Both the position numbers and the translations under genes were made by a program. The notes beneath the pieces were generated by a model, which was not told the DNA's origin, made no database searches, and worked only from the letters and a program-made list of their open reading frames with translations. Of a stretch of 64,000 nt of DNA, positions 1 through 11,192 are shown piece by piece. Position 1 is the first letter of the stretch. Every line of letters starts with the position of its first letter. Source of the stretch: Rebecca billardiae RCC1528 (taxonomy: Eukaryota; Protista; Haptophyta); the NCBI GenBank assembly GCA_965240325.2, contig OZ251243.1, forward strand, positions 496,001-560,000, written 5' to 3'.

Positions 1-213
1 GGCGCGGCCGCGGGCGCGCCGCCCGGCGCCTCCCTCGACGCCGACGCGGAGGCCGCGGCCGGTGAGGACGTCCAGGTGCGGCTCGCGGCCTGGCTCCGGC
101 GCTACGAGGGGAGCGAGGCGGTTGCTTATATCGCTGGTGATGGGACCAAGCCAGCCAGCTCCGCGCAGCCGCCGGCCGCCCGCAGCCGCAAGCTGTGGAG
201 CAACAGGGTGTAA
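1..213 (+). CDS. Possible 3' end of an upstream gene (partial)
   Basis: Frame 1 is open from base 1 to TAA 211-213 (GAAAGAPP...RKLWSNRV*) with GC-rich, coding-like codons; no family recognised. Confidence 0.35.
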   Translation, partial: GAAAGAPPGASLDADAEAAAGEDVQVRLAAWLRRYEGSEAVAYIAGDGTKPASSAQPPAARSRKLWSNRV

Positions 214-376
214 ACAGTCTGTGTGACTTGAGACTGTCTCGATCTACAGATCGGCCGAGGCCCGAGAGCCGAAGGGATCCGGTCGGGACCGGGACGCGGA
301 GCCGCCCGCGGACGAGGAATACGAACGGCAGATTTATTCATCAGATCAGCCAGCAGGAAAAACACCCGCCGCCAGC

Positions 377-1029
377 ATGTCGCTGCACGAGAGAGTGCCC
401 GTCGCCTCCATTGGCAGCACGGCTGCCGGCCTCCTCTTCGGCGTGGGATGGTACGTGTGGATCGATGGGTGCGCGACAGCTGAAGACGGCGTCAAAGGCG
501 AGTACTGGGTACGTCGCGGGCGCGCCCTGAGCGCCTGTGGCGGACCCTTTTGACGCGTGCTGCACCCGCGCGGGGCTGCGCTTGCAACGCGCAGATCCCG
601 GGCGTGCTGCAGACCATCGCGCTCGTGATGGTGAATGTGCTCAACTGGGGCATGCTGAGCGACGACGCAGCCTTCGACACGGACAACTCCGCCGCCATGG
701 CGAAGTGCTGGGTGTTTTTCGCCTTTCTGGTGGCGTTTTCGGGCGTGATTGGCGCCGTGTGGATCATGGTGGAGGAGAACAATGCGTCATCTGGCAAGGG
801 TGCAATGTGGGCATCAGTCGCGGGGTGAGGGCTCGCCAGCACGCGCGCAGGCGGCCGAGGGCACGCCATGTGCGCGCGCGCGCAGACCATGCGCGCGGGC
901 GGTGTGATGACCGCGACCGCGCCACATGCGATGCCCGCCACGCGCAGGCTGTTGCAAAATGTGTTCATCTTCATGAGCTCGCTCATCTTCCGATTCGCGC
1001 GCATGCAGACTGAATCGTCTGGGTTCTGA
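377..1029 (+). CDS. TMEM50/Vps68 (UPF0220) family membrane protein; exons 377-508, 595-824, 948-1029
   Basis: GT-AG splicing gives MSLHERVPVASIGSTAAGLLFGVGWYVWIDG...YW/IPGVLQTIALVMVN...AKCWVFFAF...G/LLQNVFIFMSSLIFRF...*. The AG.LF..GW..(W)ID, IPG..T....M.N and QN..IF.S.L motifs match TMEM50/Vps68. Confidence 0.85.
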
Positions 1030-1849
1030 TCATTGACAACGCGCGCCTCGCGAGGTCTACCCTGGGAGCGGAGCCGTGCGGGCATGGACACTGGCACCTG
1101 GGAGTGGGAGTTGCTGATCATAATAATACGGGACGGCCGGAGCGGCCATGCTGACGGATGGCGCCGACGGTGGTGGGTGCAGAGGGGCCGGGCGGTGCCT
1201 GCTCTGGAGCTCGGTGGCCCGTCCGTGGGCCTCTCCGCAGCCCGCGGACAAGTCCTGATGGCCGGTGCCAGTGATGTCAGTGATGAGTGTAAAGGCCCCA
1301 GAAGGCCTCTGATGAGCGCCATTGAGTGCGATCGGGCCAGTGACCAAGTCCCTGGCACCGCGGCAGGCGGCGGTGACTACGGGTGCTAGCAGACTGAGTA
1401 CCGTCGTCCGCCGAGTCGGCGGAGTCGGATAAGTTATAAATTAGTTTCACTCGGGCCGTCCGATTCCGAATTCGGTCATCAAGTGAAAGACTACTCGGAC
1501 CGGTCGTGACTTGACCCCCCGGATAAGGGCAAGGCCAATTATATTGCCAATAAGGCCCACGCGTCAGGACGCGGGACGGCCGCCGGCGGAGGGCCAGGCA
1601 CGTCGGACCCGTCGCGGACAGCCGATGATCAGCTCACGGACCGCGGATCCGAGTATTAGCAGAATCTAAGCAGACAGTGCAGTCCCGACTATCACTATCA
1701 GTATGCTGATTGACCCGGCGGGTACACTCTGAGTCTGACTCTGTCTGTCACTACTAACGACTACTAATGTCTGATCTATAGTTTAGTGTCAGTGACGAGT
1801 CGTGCCAGTCTACTATATATATACGGTATATATATGTGTCGTGTGTGTG

Positions 1850-1852
<3 letters not shown>

Positions 1853-1891
<39 letters not shown>
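1853..1891. repeat. (TG)n microsatellite
   Basis: Directly visible. Confidence 0.95.
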
Positions 1892-1897
<6 letters not shown>

Positions 1898-2805
1898 CCG
1901 ACTAGTCTGTCTGTCTGTCTACGTATCCCGCCCGGCTCCGGGCTTCCGCGCCCCCTCCCGCCCTCGGCCCTCCACGAGGACCGCCCGCCGGGAGACTCAG
2001 ACTGGCGTCCGCCCGGGCGCGCCGGCGCGACGACTTGGACGACGAGGAGGTGCCGCAGCAGCGGACGAAGCGGCGGCCCTGGTCTTGGACGACGCCGCAG
2101 CGCCAGCCGCCAGCCAGCCAGCCAGCTGGCTCGAGCGGCAAGCGCGTACGCGACCGCCCGGGCGGAGCAGGGGGCAGGCTCGACCAGCTGCTACCACTTA
2201 CCAGCGGCTGAGACTGCCCGAGCTGACTGACACTCACTCACTGTCACTGACACTCCGCGGACCTACATCCTCGGCGCCCTCGCTCGCCCTCGCTCGTGGG
2301 GCTCAGCAGCCTGAGCCTATTCGTCGGTCCCGGGACGACCGGGCTGACCGTGCCTCATGCCTGCGTCTGCCTGCCGCCGACGAATCAGTCAGTCAGAGAC
2401 CTGCGTCGGTCCTTCACTCTTCAGTCAGTGATTATCCAGTGTCGTTTAATAGGTTACTCATATATATATAGCTATATTCATTAATTAGCTACATAGTGTA
2501 TTCATAATAAGCTAGAACGCATCGAGTGCAGCTGTACGTAAATCATAATTTCAGAACTATGCAATACGCTGCCAACTACTTAGATGCCAGTCTGTTACTA
2601 AGCTTTAGCCAATAACTTAATTCAATAAATTATTATTATAATAATTAATACTGCGCTATTTTACACACTACTATATTTCAACGACGTGGCAGCATCAGAC
2701 AAGCGTCAGGCTCAGAGTGCAACAGACACATAGAATATGTTCAAAGACTACGGTGAGCGCAGTCGCCCCCCGGCCTCGTAGTCACTTTAAAATAATCATT
2801 CAGTC

Positions 2806-3571
2806 TCACTTGGCCGCCTCGATCTCGGCGTGCAGCGCGAGGTTCTTCTCCGCCTCGAGCATGAGCTTCGCCTCTCGTGCCTTGGCGACATCAGCGGCCT
2901 CCATCGACGCGGTGCGCGCGCGCATCGTCGCGCCCGAGTGCGCCGCCGCCTTCTTGAAGACGTGGTCGCCGCCCTCGGGCAGCTTGGGTGTCGAGTGGCC
3001 GCCCGCGCCCACGGTGCTCGCCTGTGCGTATGTTGCCACATCGGCGCTCACGCCTGCGACGCCGGTGGGGTTGGCGTGGAGGAAGCCCTTCGCCGCGTTC
3101 TGCTGCGAGTTGCGACGCTCACGCTCTACGAGTGGTCGAATGCCTCGGGCCACGTCCGCTGGTGTCGGCGCCGCGCTCGCCGCCTCCGTCGCTCCGATCT
3201 TGACGCCGCCCTGCACGCATGCGTGGCGCGCGAGCGCGCGCGCGCGCGCGGCCGGCGTCAGTGGTGGGTGCGGGTGCGCGGAGTGCGCACCGTCGGTGCC
3301 AAAGCGATGCATGTGCTGGGTTCAACACAGGGCGCCCACGCGCGCACACCTCGCCGCTGAGTGTGAACGGCTGGCGGTACTCGTCGGCCACGAGCTGCGA
3401 GACCGAGCGCCGCTGCTCGCGCTTCTCGCCGAGCACGTCCTCGAGCGTGCCCTGCGTGTGAAAGGTGTGAGTGTGCTTGTCCGTCGCCGTGGTTGGAGGC
3501 GAGTGGTGCTCTGGGTGGCGTGTCGCCGCCGTCGTCGCGCCGTGCGTGGCCAGCTGGTCGCTAATCGTCAT
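2806..3571 (-). CDS. Hypothetical 208-aa protein, copy 1; exons 3571-3350, 3210-2806
   Basis: MTISDQLATHG...FTLSGE, a GT-AG intron, then GGVKIG...AEIEAAK*. Near-identical inverted copy at 9192-9957. Confidence 0.7.
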
Positions 3572-3646
3572 CGCGTTGGATGGTGTTTGAGGTGTGCGCG
3601 TGTTCAGTGTGGTCTAAGTTCTACCGCGGGGTTCACGTCCGTGTCG

Positions 3647-4431
3647 GAGTCCACTCCACCGAAATCGCGGGTTGGCCCGGCCTCCTCGCTCTCCTACGGC
3701 CCGGGGGGGGGCCGGGCCGCTTGCGCGGCGGCCCGGCCTCCGTGCATGCACGCGGCGTGCGCGGAGATCATACGGCGATCGCCCGAGATCATAAGTCGCG
3801 TGCGCGGGCCGCCCTACCGCGGGGTGCGCGCGCGTGTTCGCACCCTGGCCGCGCGCATCGCCCGCGGCAGGCCGTCGCGCGCGCTCGCGGGCGGGCGCCA
3901 GGGTGCCCGGAACCCGGTCGCGCCGTCGGTTCGCGCCCGCGCGCCTTCCGCCGCCGCCGCGGCCCGCCGGAACGCCCGCAACGCGCTGCCTGTATGGCCC
4001 GGTGAAAGCGCGGCCGCGTGGCGAGGCGAGGACGGCGATGTCAGGGCGGCGCGCGTGCGTGTGACGTGCCTCGTGCGGTACTCTCGTCGACCGACCAGCG
4101 TCACGCGCGCCGCGGCTCCCGTTCCGACCACGCGCCGCGCGCATGCCGCTCGGCGCGGCTGAGCCACTGCTCTGACGGCTCGTCGGTCAGTGCGGCCAAG
4201 TCGCACCCGTGACGGGCAGACGAGGCCGCGCGCCGGCTCCACGGGCGCAGGACTACACGCGCTATCCTCCCTCCGCGAGGGGTAGGCGGCTGCGCCTCCA
4301 GACTGCCGCCGCGGCCGTGCCGCGCCTGAGCGTGTGATCGGACGGCACCGCGGGCACGTGCCAGCAGTGGGACGCGGCGCGCGGCGCGGCGCGGCGCGTC
4401 GAGCGCAGTCACGCGGACGGCACGGCGACGA
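3647..4431 (+). repeat. Left arm of an ~780-bp inverted repeat
   Basis: Reverse complement of 5572-6351; the same ORF-track peptides appear on opposite strands. Confidence 0.9.
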
Positions 4432-5571
4432 TCCGACGCACTCCTCGGGCAAGAATCCGGCCCGTAGCGCTTGCTCCGCGTTGCGTGTCCCTGCAGCACG
4501 AAGTCAGTTACGCACGCGTCGCAAATGACTTGCACTCTTGACTCCAGCCTGCAGCCCAGCACCGGTCAGGCGCGCGGGCTTGCTGTGACACAGACTGGCA
4601 GCCAACCAGCTCACGGGCCAACACGACTTTCAGCCTAGCGATGCATGGAATCGCGTGCTCATCTGTAGAGCTACCAACGCTCGAGAGACGACGCATGTTG
4701 TTAGTCGCTGTGCCGTCCGCGTGACTCCACTCGACGAGCAGCGCCGCACGCCGCGGCCCACTGGCACTGCGCTGGCATCTATTGTACAGTACGTGGGTCC
4801 AGATGAAGTTTGAAGGGAAGCCATGGTGGGCGTGAATGCCCGTCCCACCGCGCGCCACAGCCGGGTCACCGGGGCGTGGCGTAGGCAGGTCGGCATGGCC
4901 GTACGAGCGCGAGGTCATGAGTGACAACTTTCCTTCAAACTTTTCGACCACTCTCACGTCCATGTCCACGTCCTCGGGCTCGTGCGAGACGTGCGACCGG
5001 CGCGCGTGAAGCTGAGTAGCATGGGAAGGATGGGCAAGTAGGGGCCAGGGTCACCCTTCTGAATGCTGAACTCTCGGGCATGTCGTGCGAGGATGCCGAA
5101 CTGTCACTGTTCCGTCTCGCTCCACACGCCGTGCGTCTGACGAGCAAGGTTGGCTGCGCAGTAGTCGTGCGACTGCGTCAGACAGCTGCCGCTGAGCGAT
5201 GCTGCGACTACGTGGTCGTGTGTCGCGACTGACATTTGACAACAGCGCGGCCATCATCGACGGACATGCTGGCTAGCGCTGGGCTGATCAGGGCTGATAG
5301 CAACCTGCTCTGGGACTACGCCACGCGATTCGGCGACCACGCCACCGCTCGATGCCCATCCGGAGGCATGGACGTGCCGCACTACCTGGCCAGCCATCGC
5401 CATGAGGTGGCCGTAGTGCTAAGTGTAGCCCGCGGTGCCGTCCGATCACACGCCCGGGCGCGGCACGGCCGCGGCGGCAGTCTCGAGGCGCAGCCGCCTA
5501 CCCCGCGCGGAAGGAGGCTAGCGCGTGCAGGCATGCGCTCGAAGAATGCGGCCTCGTCTGCCCGTCACGGG

Positions 5572-6351
5572 TCGTCGCCGTGCCGTCCGCGTGACTCCGC
5601 TCGACGCGCCGCGCCGCGCGCCGCGTCCCACTGCTGGCACGTGCCCGCGGTGCCGTCCGATCACACGCTCAGGCGCGGCACGGCCGCGGCGGCAGTCTGG
5701 AGGCGCAGCCGCCTACCCCTCGCGGAGGGAGGATAGCGCGTGTAGTCCTGCGCCCGTGGAGCCGGCGCGCGGCCTCGTCTGCCCGTCACGGGTGCGACTT
5801 GGCCGCACTGACCGACGAGCCGTCAGAGCAGTGGCTCAGCCGCGCCGAGCGGCATGCGCGCGGCGCGTGGTCGGAACGGGAGCCGCGGCGCGCGTGACGC
5901 TGGTCGGTCGACGAGAGTACCGCACGAGGCACGTCACACGCACGCGCGCCGCCCTGACATCGCCGTCCTCGCCTCGCCACGCGGCCGCGCTTTCACCGGG
6001 CCATACAGGCAGCGCGTTGCGGGCGTTCCGGCGGGCCGCGGCGGCGGCGGAAGGCGCGCGGGCGCGAACCGACGGCGCGACCGGGTTCCGGGCACCCTGG
6101 CGCCCGCCCGCGAGCGCGCGCGACGGCCTGCCGCGGGCGATGCGCGCGGCCAGGGTGCGAACACGCGCGCGCACCCCGCGGTAGGGCGGCCCGCGCACGC
6201 GACTTATGATCTCGGGCGATCGCCGTATGATCTCCGCGCACGCCGCGTGCATGCACGGAGGCCGGGCCGCCGCGCAAGCGGCCCGGCCCCCCCCCGGGCC
6301 GTAGGAGAGCGAGGAGGCCGGGCCAACCCGCGATTTCGGTGGAGTGGACTC
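5572..6351 (-). repeat. Right arm of an ~780-bp inverted repeat
   Basis: Reverse complement of 3647-4431. Confidence 0.9.
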
Positions 6352-6374
6352 TGTCGCTTGGGCTGCCTCTACTA

Positions 6375-8899
6375 TTACCGATTTTGGGCAACTGAAAACA
6401 TGCATTTCGTTTTTGCAAGTTTTGTTTTGTTTTTTGAACTTTTTTTCCTTTTTTGAAACATGTTTTGGACAAAACATCTTTTTGAAAAAAATGTTTTCGA
6501 AAAACTTGTTTTGTTTTGTTTTTTTGAAAAACGTTTTCAAAACAAGTTTTCAAAACGTGTTTCAAAAAAACAAAACAAAACTTAAGTTTTCAAAACGTGT
6601 TTTGAAAACAAGTTTTGTTTTGAAAAAGTTTTCTTGGAGCGAGGAAAGAAAGACCGTTGTCCACCGCGTCGCGCGGCGGGGCAATCGGCGGCGACAGGAG
6701 ATGCCGCGCGAGCCACGGCCGCGGATCGCAGTCAACGCGCACAACGGTGTGTACCGACAGGGTAGGAGCTACGACGTGGTTCTTCGGCAGCGCGTCGTGG
6801 GGACTGCCCTCCGACTGCGCGCGGGCAACTCGTCGTGCACGTACGACGAGATCGCTCAACTCACGGGCGTCGCCAAATCGACCGTGTTCAAGTGGGTGCG
6901 GGAGTACCTCGCGACGCAGCAGATCGTGAGCACGCAGTCGGGCGGCGTCGCGTCCTCTGGCCCGCCGATCTTCGACCTGCCCCAGCTCTTCCTGCTGAAA
7001 GCACTCGTCAAGATGTACCCGCGAGACACGCTGGCGCAAACGTGTGCACGCCTTGCGCTGTGGTATGGCCTGAGCGTCAGCGAGCCGACCGTCTGCAGGG
7101 CAATGCAGGTCATCCGCATGACGCGCAAGAAGACCGTTGAGGTTCCGGTGGTGCGCGCGAGTGCGCCGCGGCGACCGCGCATGCGTGCGCGCTTGATGCT
7201 TGGTCTCGCCCGGCCATCAGCGGGTGTGACCCTCAGCCGTGCCCTGCTGCGACAGGGCCAGGGGCGGGAGCTGATGGAGGATCCTGTCGCCGACGCAGTA
7301 AGCGCGCCGCTGAGCACATCGGCCTGCAGGAGTCCGTGCTTCGTTCGTCATCATGGCGAGCAGCGGAATCTGGGCGCGACGAGCAGCGTGATGATGCGCG
7401 CGTCCGGACGAGCCGATCATGTCTTTCGACTTTCATCCGCCTCCGCGGGCCCGTGCGCTTCGGGCAGGAGCCCTCGTCATCAGTCGTCTGATGCCGTGCA
7501 TGACGCTGCCATACTACTACGACACAAGTACGCGTGAGTCGCTGTGAGCCATATCGACGCGATCGTCGCACGACAGCAGTGACGCTGCACGGCCGCGGAG
7601 CCCAGGGCTGACGATCAGTGTGGACCGAGCCGTCGGCAGACGCAAAGTCGGCGGACACGACGAGTCGTAGTGCGCGCCGCGTGCGGCCAGGTACCGCCAG
7701 GGCCAGGGCCACGCCGGTGACGGCGGGCAGCAGAGGATGCAGCACGCGCGTGACGCCAACGTGCCGTGCGAGGGCTACGCCAACGCTGCTCAGGCACCGC
7801 AGCAGCCGCAGCTCACGTGTGAGGACTTCTGCCGACTGTGGTTGGTGGCGGTGCGCGAACTCGTCGGCGGCGTCCGACGACCGCCGCGGAGGTGAAGGTG
7901 ATGGTGCTTGCTGCGCTCAACGCCAGGTGCGCGTATGTGCGTGAGCTCAAGCGGTGGACGAGCACGGTCGCGTGCCACCCGCACGTGGTCGTCGCCATCG
8001 CCCTTCGCGCCATCGTGCGACTCGGCGGCGAGCTGCACCGCGCGAGCACACAAGCGTCGGAGCACGACGGCAAGATCATCGGCAACACGTTCCGCGACCG
8101 CACGTGCCGGGCGGGCGGGCTGAGCTCGAACAGACGCGGCACGAGCATGCCGCGAGCTGGCCGCGTCGAGCAGGCCGCCAAGCAGGTGATCGTGGGCAAG
8201 ATGAAGATCATGAAGAAGCGCACCAACACCGTCGACAAGAACGGCCGGCTGCGACTGCGCGCAGCAAACGGACGGTGCAGCCGGGCGCATCCAGTGGCAG
8301 CGGGCCTGCGAGCGAGGTGCGTCTGCGCGAGATCGTCCATGCGCGTCGCACCGCATCACCACCTCCGCCATCTGACGCCTGCGCACCGCATGCGCGCGCG
8401 GCCGCGCGGTCGCGCGACGCCAGGGCGATTGAGATGACATTCGCGCGTGTCGCGGGCAGTAATAGACGAGGAGACGAAGTGGCAGGGGCTGGTGAGCGGT
8501 GCCTGGAGCATGTGTTGGGTGGTTGCGCACCTGCCAGTGCCCGTCCGCGCCGGCTCAGGGTTCTTACTAGGCCGCCGGCCCGCGTCGCGCGGCGGCCACC
8601 GTAAAGTAGACATTTGGCCGCCATTCTGTTCACCGTGTGTTTTCGAGCGTCACTTTTTGGAAAAAGACAAAAAGTGAAAACGTTTTTGAAAAAGGGAAAA
8701 CAGGTTTGCACTTTTTGAAAACACGTTTTGAAAACAGGTTTTGAAAAACGTTTTCGGTTTTTGTTTCGTTTTGGCAAAACTTCTTTTCCAAAAACAAAAC
8801 AAAACATGTTGGAAATCCGGTTTTCAAAAGTTGAAACTTTTTGAAGTGCGTTTTTCAAAAAAGTGCAGAATCATGTTTTCAGTTGCCCAAAATCGGTAA
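6375..8899 (+). mobile_element. Tc1/mariner-IS630-type DNA transposon, copy 1 (probably non-autonomous)
   Basis: TIR TTACCGATTTTGGGCAACTGAAAACATG at both ends, flanked by TA (6373-6374, 8900-8901). Subterminal TTTT(G/C)AAAA arrays, a paired/HTH transposase N-terminus, and a second copy at 44018-46565. Confidence 0.9.
6701..7537 (+). pseudogene. Transposase N-terminal paired-like/HTH DNA-binding region; no DDE domain seen
   Basis: VNAHNGVYRQGRSYDVVLRQRVV...EIAQLTGVAKSTVFKWVREY...VSEPTVCRAMQVIRMTRKK is typical of the IS630/Tc1 N-terminus. The sequence after RKK is not recognisable as DDE. Confidence 0.75.
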
Positions 8900-9191
8900 T
8901 AAATAAGCGCCGCCTGGTTTGGGACGACGTTTTGCAATGTTCAGTGACTTTTCCCGTCGTGTGTTACGACGTGGACGAAACCTGTGAGAAAGTAATGTAC
9001 TTGATGGGCGCCTAATTGGCTTTGATAAACGTTTGCGGTCGGACAAGCACAGGACAGTTCCCGTCGACGACGACGACGACGTGAAAGACGACGCTGCGCA
9101 CTGTCTTCTTCAGGAACCACACAGCAATCCAACCGGCATCAGCCAATCCAAAAGACCAAAACCCTCAACCCAGACCAACGCGTCCAACGCG

Positions 9192-9957
9192 ATGACGATT
9201 AGCGACCAGCTGGCCACGCACGGCGCGACGACGGCGGCGACACGCCACCCAGAGCACCACTCGCCTCCAACCACGGCGACGGACAAGCACACTCACACCT
9301 TTCACACGCAGGGCACGCTCGAGGACGTGCTCGGCGAGAAGCGCGAGCAGCGGCGCTCGGTCTCGCAGCTCGTGGCCGACGAGTACCGCCAGCCGTTCAC
9401 ACTCAGCGGCGAGGTGTGCGCGCGTGGGCGCCCTGTGTTGAACCCAGCACGTGCATCGCTTTGGCACCGACGGTGCGCACTCCGCGCACCCGCACCCACC
9501 ACTGACGCCGGCCGCGCGCGCGCGCGCGCTCGCGCGCCACGCATGCGTGCAGGGCGGCGTCAAGATCGGAGCGACGGAGGCGGCGAGCGCGGCGCCGACA
9601 CCAGCGGACGTGGCCCGAGGCATTCGACCACTCGTAGAGCGTGAGCGTCGCAACTCGCAGGAGAACGCGGCGAAGGGCTTCCTCCACGCCAACCCCACCG
9701 GCGTCGCAGGCGTGAGCGCCGATGTGGCAACATACGCACAGGCGAGCACCGTGGGCGCGGGCGGCCACTCGACACCCAAGCTGCCCGAGGGCAGCGACCA
9801 CGTCTTCAAGAAGGCGGCGGCGCACTCGGGCGCGACGATGCGCGCGCGCACCGCGTCGATGGAGGCCGCTGATGTCGCCAAGGCACGAGAGGCGAAGCTC
9901 ATGCTCGAGGCGGAGAAGAACCTCGCGCTGCACGCCGAGATCGAGGCGGCCAAGTGA
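9192..9957 (+). CDS. Hypothetical 208-aa protein, copy 2; exons 9192-9413, 9553-9957
   Basis: Inverted duplicate of 2806-3571, with two visible amino-acid differences (Q/E, G/S). Confidence 0.7.
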
Positions 9958-10697
9958 CTCAGCCCGGGGCGGACTCTGATCCGGCGCTGCATGATGGCGG
10001 GAAATTAACGTCGCCTGAAGTCGTAGTGAAGCGTCGCGTCATTGCATCGGCTCATCACCGATATACTACGTGATGACCCGATCAAAATATACCGTGAAGA
10101 GATGAGCAGAGACGCGTAAGTGCGCCGCTGCGCTGCCGCTCACGCTGGCAGCATGAGCAGTCAGCAGAGCAGCGGCCAGGCGCGCCGCCCGTTACTCAGA
10201 CTTCAGGCGGGCCGCTGATGGGCCGACGGTGGCCGACATGACGCCCGGCGACGATGCTCGACGCGCCTAGCTAATTCGCTGGAGCCGCTGCCATCCGGTG
10301 CTGCTGCACCAGCGCCCAGCCGGGCCGGCAGCAGCTGCGCTCGAGTCCGCCGCTGTCCGCGCCGTGTGTGGCGGCAGCGCCGTGTGCGGTGGTGGCCGAG
10401 CGGCAGCGGGACCGGTCACCCGGGCAGGGGCGGAGGCGTTCGCTGCAGCTGTGGGCTTGGCGGTGCGCGACCGTGGGGCCTGGGCGGCGGACGCGCCCAG
10501 CGCGGCAAAGCTGCTCGACACGTTCACTTCCCTGGAGCCGCTGCCGTCCGGTGCTGCTGCGTCCCTGCTAGCATCGTCGGCCCATGCGGCATGCGCAGCC
10601 GATGGCCGGCGATGGCCGCTGGCATCGCGGAGTAGGATCGTTCTGAAGTTGCAGCCAAGAGGGTTCTAGCCCCGTAATCATTACATGATGGTCCTGC

Positions 10698-11192
10698 TCA
10701 GCCATCGTCGTATGGACGAGGGCGGCCTCCAGCGGCACCTGCTGCGCCGCCGTGGCGCGATTTGCTTGGGGGCACGAAGAGTGTGTGGAAGAAAAGCTTA
10801 ATGGTTGCCCAGGTAGCGGCGAGTGCACCCATGATGTCACCGTGCTGCAGCGCTGTCCAAGCAGACGAGAAGAAGCTCAGCGCGGATTCGCATGCCTCGC
10901 CCAGCGCGTACTTCCACCCAGCGAGCCGACCTGGTGGCGCCCGCTTCACGATCAGCATCACTGTCACCTCCCCCGTGGCGAGGGCGCCGCGAATGTCTCC
11001 GAGGCGGAATCGATCGTGCAGCACCTTGCCAGCTGAGATGAGCTTCTGCTCCGCAGGCACGGGAAAGTCGCGCCGTGTGTCATGGATCTTGCGTTTAAGA
11101 TCAGCGAGGCTGTCATCGTGCTGCATGTGCACCTCGAACTTGTCGTGATGATGAGTCTTGACCACCACGCGCAGGCGCTCGTCGGCAGCCAT
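10698..11192 (-). CDS. Ubiquitin-like domain protein with a C-terminal hydrophobic, SelK-like segment
   Basis: LRVVVKT...SLADLKRKI...PAEQKLISAGKVLHD is a UBL domain, followed by ATWATIKLFFHTLF...RPYDDG then TGA. Confidence 0.75.
   Translation of the reverse strand: MAADERLRVVVKTHHHDKFEVHMQHDDSLADLKRKIHDTRRDFPVPAEQKLISAGKVLHDRFRLGDIRGALATGEVTVMLIVKRAPPGRLAGWKYALGEACESALSFFSSAWTALQHGDIMGALAATWATIKLFFHTLFVPPSKSRHGGAAGAAGGRPRPYDDG

Noticed and set aside
7540-8640. Fanzor/TnpB cargo in the Tc1/IS630 element
   Set aside because: No RuvC motifs or CxxC zinc finger are recognisable in the ORFs.
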